Below are positions 59,741 through 64,000 of a stretch of 64,000 bases of DNA, piece after piece (position 1 is the stretch's first letter; the number at the start of each line of letters is the position of its first letter). A program made the position numbers and the translations under genes. The notes beneath the pieces were generated by a model. The model worked only from the letters and a program-made list of their open reading frames with translations, was not told where the DNA came from and ran no database searches. The DNA comes from an uncultured Actinomycetes bacterium (GTDB lineage Bacteria; Actinomycetota; UBA4738; HRBIN12): positions 385,646 to 449,645 of the forward strand of contig CAWBVL010000001.1 in assembly GCA_963792215.1 (NCBI GenBank), in the 5' to 3' direction.

Positions 59741-60001
59741 GCGCCGCCGTGCGTGTTCAGAGCTGTGCGTGTTCAGACTCGAATCGAGGGGTTTGCCTCC
59801 GGATAGCGGCGCTCCAAGCGCCTTTCGTGGACGGCGGAGACCTCATGGCGGAGGAACCCGTACTCCGCGATGACGCTCAACGCACCGGATTGACCAGTGA
59901 GGAAACCAGGTCTAGCCTCGCCGAGGAGCAACAACGGGCTTCGGGCGTGCCGGTGTGGCGAGCCCGATCGGTGGTCTGGTCGGATCCGGGGGAGGATCGG
60001 C

Positions 60002-60499
60002 ATGAGACTCACCAAACTTGCACCCGCGGTAGTGCTTACTTGTATCGCGCTGTTGGCACCACCAGCGGCGGCGAACACGAGGGTCACGACTGTCGATCAC
60101 GTCAATGACACGTTCGTCGATTCGGAGATATGCAGCTTCGACATCACGTTCCACGTCTACGGATCGCTCAAGTTCGCGGACTTCTACGACAACAGCGGGT
60201 CCCTTTACAAGACGATCGGAAGGGCCGGTCCTGGGCCGTTCAGGGTCACAGTGACTGCTGGGCGGACCACACTCACGCAGCAGAACAGCAGCTTCACAGA
60301 GATCACCACCTACAACGCGGACGGGTCGGTGAGGACACTGACGGACAACGGGCCGTTCAACAAGTTCACGGCCCCCGGGGGAGGCATCGTGTGGTTGGAC
60401 ACGGGCCATCTCGTCGTCGACGGGGACTTCAACGTTCTCTTCGTGGCCGGGCCCCGCCAGAATGGTGAGTTCGACGCTTTCTGCGCTGCGTTCACATAG
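60002..60499 (+). CDS. Small secreted protein (165 aa), function unknown.
   Basis: GGGGGAGGA RBS. Signal peptide MRLTKLAPAVVLTCIALLAPPAAA. Confidence 0.55.
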   Translation: MRLTKLAPAVVLTCIALLAPPAAANTRVTTVDHVNDTFVDSEICSFDITFHVYGSLKFADFYDNSGSLYKTIGRAGPGPFRVTVTAGRTTLTQQNSSFTEITTYNADGSVRTLTDNGPFNKFTAPGGGIVWLDTGHLVVDGDFNVLFVAGPRQNGEFDAFCAAFT

Positions 60500-60617
60500 G
60501 CACCACGCGCTCTTGTAGTCGACGAGGTGACCTGCGGCCGGAATCAGCGCATCGCGCCCCCTGCCTGCAACGCCGCGGACCGGGTGGTGCTGCACGGCAC
60601 ACAGAAGGACTCATGTC

Positions 60618-60690
60618 TCTGACCAGCACTTTCGTTCCGCCCTTACAAGACGAAGGTCGGGGGTTCGAGCCCCTCAGCGCCCACAGCAGA
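60618..60690 (+). repeat. tRNA-Val-derived repeat C. It is the copy closest to the tRNA.
   Basis: tctgaccagcactttcgttccgcccttacaagacgaaggtcgggggttcgagcccctcagcgcccacagcaga. The 47-nt tRNA-homologous part has 1 mismatch. Confidence 0.8.
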
Positions 60691-60765
60691 ACCGAGGCTC
60701 ACGTTGCGCGGACTATTCGTCGTCGCGCTTCGGTCATCCTTGTGCCCCAGAGGAGGTCCACGCCA

Positions 60766-61716
60766 TCAGTGAGTCGGTACGCCGGGGTGCTTCCAGCGCA
60801 GATATATGCGCATGTCGATCGTGCGCGATGGGCCCGCCCCGTCGGCATCGACCGCATACCAGCGGAGACCTGCCGGGCCGTGGGTCGCGTACGCGATCGA
60901 CTTCCCGTTCGGAGACCACACGAACCTCCTCTGCGGCTCGTAGTTGTTGAGGAGGACTCGGACGTCAGTGCCATCCGCGTTGATGACATAGAGGCGTCCG
61001 CCCCCAGGCTCCAGATCGTTCATGACGGCGATGTGCGCACCGTCCGGCGACCACTCGATCTCGTCCACCGAGTCGAGGTCCTTTCCCGGCAGATGCACCA
61101 GCATTGAACGCTTGCCGCTTTGCACGATCTCTGAATAGATCGTGCCTCCGCGCGCGCCGAACACGAGGCGCGACCCGTTCGGAGACCTCGCGGGAGCCGA
61201 GGTGACATCGCCGTTCACCCCATTGAGGTTCAACCCACTCAGGGCCGGCCCACCGAGGACACTCCGCCCCCCGGGCGAGGTGTCAGCCCGATCCTGCGGG
61301 TTCGCCGTCTGTGCCACGCTCTGCGGGTTCGCCTTCGGCGTAACATCCTGCGCTCGGAGGCGACCGAACGGCCCACCCGTTGTTGCGATCCAGAACGCCG
61401 CCGCCGTCACAGCGCCGACGATCACCCACGTGCGTCGGCTCACTGCCCCGAGTACGACCGGCGCGCTGTTGTCCTCTTCTTGAGACACCTCAACGGGAGT
61501 GTTGGATGCGCGGTCGTCTGCCGAGGGAGGCACGCGGGAACTCGGAGTGACCCCGAGCGGTTTCGTGGGCTCCCGGAGTCGGTACAGGGGCGCCTTGCAC
61601 CGAGGACACGAATCCGAGTCGGTCTCGCCGATCCAGTCACACCGAAGGCAGATGGCATCGTCGCCGACTCGCGACTCTTGAGGGGGAGGGTCGCTACCTG
61701 ACACAGTCTCCAGCAT
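60766..61716 (-). CDS. Zinc-ribbon, TM helix and TolB-like (PD40) propeller protein.
   Basis: CLRCDW...CPRC, TM helix WVIVGAVTAAAFWIA, and repeats WSPDGAHIAV and WSPNGKSIAY. Confidence 0.6.
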   Translation of the reverse strand: MLETVSGSDPPPQESRVGDDAICLRCDWIGETDSDSCPRCKAPLYRLREPTKPLGVTPSSRVPPSADDRASNTPVEVSQEEDNSAPVVLGAVSRRTWVIVGAVTAAAFWIATTGGPFGRLRAQDVTPKANPQSVAQTANPQDRADTSPGGRSVLGGPALSGLNLNGVNGDVTSAPARSPNGSRLVFGARGGTIYSEIVQSGKRSMLVHLPGKDLDSVDEIEWSPDGAHIAVMNDLEPGGGRLYVINADGTDVRVLLNNYEPQRRFVWSPNGKSIAYATHGPAGLRWYAVDADGAGPSRTIDMRIYLRWKHPGVPTH

Positions 61717-61796
61717 CCGCTGATCTTGGCACGATCGGTCTTGTCTGGGATCTTGGACCTCCTCAGCGGATCGAAGCTCGGTGCAGGTTCGCCGAG

Positions 61797-61840
61797 CTTC
61801 TACAAGGCGAAGGGCGGGGTCGAGCCCCTCAGTGCCCCCC
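61797..61840 (+). repeat. tRNA-Val-derived repeat D (the most decayed).
   Basis: tctacaaggcgaagggcggggtcgagcccctcagtgcccccc aligns with ttacaaggcgaaggtcgggggttcgagcccctcagcgcccac with two 1-nt gaps and a few mismatches. Confidence 0.6.
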
Positions 61841-61880
61841 AAGCCGATCGCTTCGCCGGCCTCAGCATGGGTCTTTGACA

Positions 61881-63386
61881 TCAAGGCATGCGAAGTACAT
61901 CGGCGATTCGTTCCGCGATGGCGATGACAGGCAGCTGCGTGTTCGCGCGAGGGATGGTCGGCATGATCGACGCATCGGCGACGTAGACGTTCTCCGATCC
62001 GTGGAGTCTTCCATTCGCGTCGACGACCGACTCGATGTCGCTCGGTGGGCCCATCTTGCACGTTCCCACCGGGTGCCAGTACCCGCCGACGGAAGTCTTG
62101 ATGTAATCGTCGAGTTCGGTCTCATCGGTCTCTGTTCCCGGCGCGAGCTCCTCAGCAAGGAGATCCCGCATCGACCCGGTCCCCGCCAGCCTGCGAGCAA
62201 GCCTGATCCCGGCCGTCAATGTCGATCGGTCCTCGCCCGCCGCATCCGACGCGAACCCGTGATCGACGAGCGGAAGGTCTTCGGCGTCGGCTGAGGCGAG
62301 CCGCACTCGGCCGCGCGACTTGGGCTTCATCGCGTGGACGTAGAGGTGAGCAAGGGGACCCGCAGGCACGTGATCGCGGGCATCCGTGAGAGGTCGGCGC
62401 ACACGCATCATCAGGTGGAGGTCCCAGGTGTTCGGGGGACAGGTATCGCTTCGGGCCTTGATCAATGTCTGCGCACGCGCCGGTCGGCGGGCGAGATGTT
62501 CTTCAGTCAGTTCGAGCAGCTCTGGTGTCGGTTGGTAGACGAGCTCAACCCTCGGATGGTCGATGAGGTTCCGGCCGACACCTCGGAGCTCCGCTCGGAC
62601 GTCGATCGAGAGCCGTTCGAGCTCCTCAGGCGGCCCGATCCCGCTGCGGAGAAGGATCGAGGGGGAACCGTACGCACCGGCTGCGAGGACGACGACATCA
62701 GCGGTGATCTCTCGCTCGCTCCCAGCGATGCGAAGGGACACTCCGGTGGCCATCCGATCGGCGAAGCGCAGGCGGTCGACGAGGGCGTTCGGGATGATCG
62801 TGAGGTTCGGGCGCGCTCGAGCGGGATCGAGGTAGGCGAAGGCCGCGTTCCAGCGAACGTCGCCGACGGCGTTGACCATGATCGGCGCAGCGCCTTCAAC
62901 GGCCGACGGATCGTCGAAGTCATCGAGCACCGGGATGCCGATCTCTGCTGCCGCATCCAGGCTCGCGCGCATGAAGGGCTCGAGATCGTCCACCTTTGAT
63001 GGGCGCACGCGGAGCTTCTCGAAGGCGCGACGCCGGTAGGGCTCGATCGCTGCAGACGTCCAGCCTTCGTTCCCCGCATCCTTCCACTCGTCGAAGTCGG
63101 CGCTCGTTCCCCAGGCGACGAAGCAGCCGTTGTGCGCGGAGCATCCGCCGACGACCCTTGCGCGCCAGTATGGCCACCCACCGGCGAGGCCCCAATCGTG
63201 CGAGGTCGCGAGCTCGTTCGCGTACAGCAGGTCGGCCGGCCAACGACCGTCCGCGTACGCGCCATAGTCCGGTCCGGCTTCGACGAGACAGACTGAGCGA
63301 TCCGCGTCCTCGCTCAGGCGCGAAGCCAAGACGCAACCGGCCGATCCGGCCCCGAGCACCAGGACGCCGTACGAGGTGCGACCCAA
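61881..63386 (-). CDS. GMC-family FAD-dependent oxidoreductase.
   Basis: VLVLGAGSAGCVLASRLSED Rossmann motif. C-terminal GGYWHPVGTCKMG...GSENVYVADASIMP. Confidence 0.85.
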   Translation of the reverse strand: MGRTSYGVLVLGAGSAGCVLASRLSEDADRSVCLVEAGPDYGAYADGRWPADLLYANELATSHDWGLAGGWPYWRARVVGGCSAHNGCFVAWGTSADFDEWKDAGNEGWTSAAIEPYRRRAFEKLRVRPSKVDDLEPFMRASLDAAAEIGIPVLDDFDDPSAVEGAAPIMVNAVGDVRWNAAFAYLDPARARPNLTIIPNALVDRLRFADRMATGVSLRIAGSEREITADVVVLAAGAYGSPSILLRSGIGPPEELERLSIDVRAELRGVGRNLIDHPRVELVYQPTPELLELTEEHLARRPARAQTLIKARSDTCPPNTWDLHLMMRVRRPLTDARDHVPAGPLAHLYVHAMKPKSRGRVRLASADAEDLPLVDHGFASDAAGEDRSTLTAGIRLARRLAGTGSMRDLLAEELAPGTETDETELDDYIKTSVGGYWHPVGTCKMGPPSDIESVVDANGRLHGSENVYVADASIMPTIPRANTQLPVIAIAERIADVLRMP

Positions 63387-63389
63387 CGG

Positions 63390-64000
63390 CTACGGCCCCT
63401 GTCTCGATGGTCGCGCATCGCTGACCGCGTACAGATGCCATCGGTCAGGGACGCCCTTGAGCTCGTAGGACCCACGATCCTCGAACGATAAGCCGGACCC
63501 GACGACGAGATCCTTGACCGTGCTGGACACCAGCACCTCGCTCGCTCCCGCGAGGGCTGCCACTCGCGCTCCGATGTGTACCGCGATCCCAGCGACATCG
63601 CCGGCGACATGCTCGATCTCACCGGTATGACACCCAGCTCGGATCTCGATGCCGAGGCTTCGGACCACGTCCGTTATCGCTCTCGCACAACCCACCGCGC
63701 GGGCCGGTCCGTCGAACGTGGCCAAGAACCCGTCTCCGGTGGTCTTCACCTCGACCCCGCGGAATCGGGCGAGTTCGGTGCGGACGAGCTGGTCGTGCGT
63801 CTGCAGTAGCTGCTTCCAGCGGGAGTCTCCGAGCTCGGCGGCGCGCTTCGTCGAATCGACGATGTCCGTGAACAAGATCGTCGCGAGAACGCGGTGCAAC
63901 TCCGGGCCGCGCCGGATGCCCGTGAGCCCTTCCTCGATCTCATCGAGGACGGCATCCTGGTCGCCAACCCACGGGAGATGGTCTTCGCCGTCGAGGAGGA
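63390..64000 (-). CDS. Class III adenylate/guanylate cyclase domain protein. The N-terminus lies outside the window.
   Basis: [18 protein letters not shown]...[11 protein letters not shown]...RAGCHTGE. The frame stays open upstream to the window edge. Confidence 0.8.
   Translation of the reverse strand, partial: LLDGEDHLPWVGDQDAVLDEIEEGLTGIRRGPELHRVLATILFTDIVDSTKRAAELGDSRWKQLLQTHDQLVRTELARFRGVEVKTTGDGFLATFDGPARAVGCARAITDVVRSLGIEIRAGCHTGEIEHVAGDVAGIAVHIGARVAALAGASEVLVSSTVKDLVVGSGLSFEDRGSYELKGVPDRWHLYAVSDARPSRQGP

Larger units (their letters stand above)
46067..61840 (+). mobile_element. Putative degenerate array of integrated elements at tRNA-Val, with no recombinase recognisable.
   Basis: Four same-orientation partial copies of the tRNA-Val anticodon-loop-to-3'-end segment divide the region into blocks of about 4.0, 9.5, 0.9 and 1.1 kb of accessory genes. 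Confidence 0.4.

Noticed and set aside
59665-60690. Repeats B and C as functional tRNA genes.
   Set aside because: Neither has a 5' acceptor strand or a D-arm. Only the anticodon-arm-to-3'-end part is tRNA-like.
46067-61840. An integrase, excisionase, transposase or conjugation gene that would make the tRNA-Val region a bona fide active island.
   Set aside because: I read all listed ORFs in the region and found no R...HxxR...Y-type recombinase, serine recombinase, DDE transposase or relaxase-like sequence. Fragments below the 60-aa ORF cutoff could have been missed.
63387-63392. The tight 3-nt spacing between the adenylate cyclase and the GMC oxidoreductase as a functional system.
   Set aside because: Proximity alone proves nothing, the cyclase is truncated by the window edge, and there is no further supporting signal.

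Overview
The window is high-GC (roughly 65-70% by eye) and Actinomycetota-like. Ribosome-binding sites are strong GGAGG types, and many adjacent genes overlap by 4 nt (GTGA, ATGA or TTGA). All calls rest on my own reading of the six-frame translations and the DNA. No searches were run.

**Content**
- 1-5.4 kb: a zinc-metallopeptidase lipoprotein, a small ORF and ppdK (pyruvate phosphate dikinase), all heavily frame-disrupted.
- 5.4-8.4 kb: a cell-envelope cluster with an M15 peptidase, a propeller/SPOR-like protein, a lipoprotein and a DUF218 protein.
- 8.4-13.2 kb: an intact dgt-dnaG-rpoD block followed by a lone type IV pilin gene.
- 13.5-23 kb: tRNA-Asn, then housekeeping genes (metallophosphoesterase, ferrochelatase, xthA, sulfurtransferase, fumC, cupin, DUF1996 protein) and tRNA-Met.
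- 23-24.9 kb: a short lower-GC stretch of tiny membrane proteins.
- 24.9-45.7 kb: aldo/keto reductase, SGNH lipoprotein, MOSC protein and nitrobindin; a P1B-5-type ATPase with a C-terminal hemerythrin domain; a four-PAS histidine kinase, gamma-glutamyltransferase and a bactofilin-like membrane protein; peptidase S51, ureAB-ureC without accessory genes, and a DUF2330 plus cupredoxin pair; amidohydrolase, S8 protease and a cNMP-binding protein.
- 46-61.8 kb: tRNA-Val followed by accessory cargo.
- 61.9-64 kb: a GMC oxidoreductase and a partial adenylate cyclase.

**Two signals the gene list does not explain**
1. An intact tRNA-Val (45994-46066) is followed over about 15.8 kb by four degenerate copies of its anticodon-loop-to-3'-end segment. 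All four are in the same orientation, at about 50.1, 59.7, 60.65 and 61.8 kb. They split the accessory cargo into four blocks, and I can see no integrase. This looks like a decayed array of serial integrations at one tRNA.
2. Frame disruptions are strongly clustered. I count about 23 frame changes in ppdK alone, yet every catalytic motif is intact. About 12 more lie in accessory genes. The housekeeping genes dnaG, rpoD, fumC, hemH and ureC are clean. Several breaks sit at short G runs, so indel-type sequence error is at least as likely as real gene decay.

I found no CRISPR array, rRNA, transposase or recognisable defence system. I do not claim to have found a novel system.
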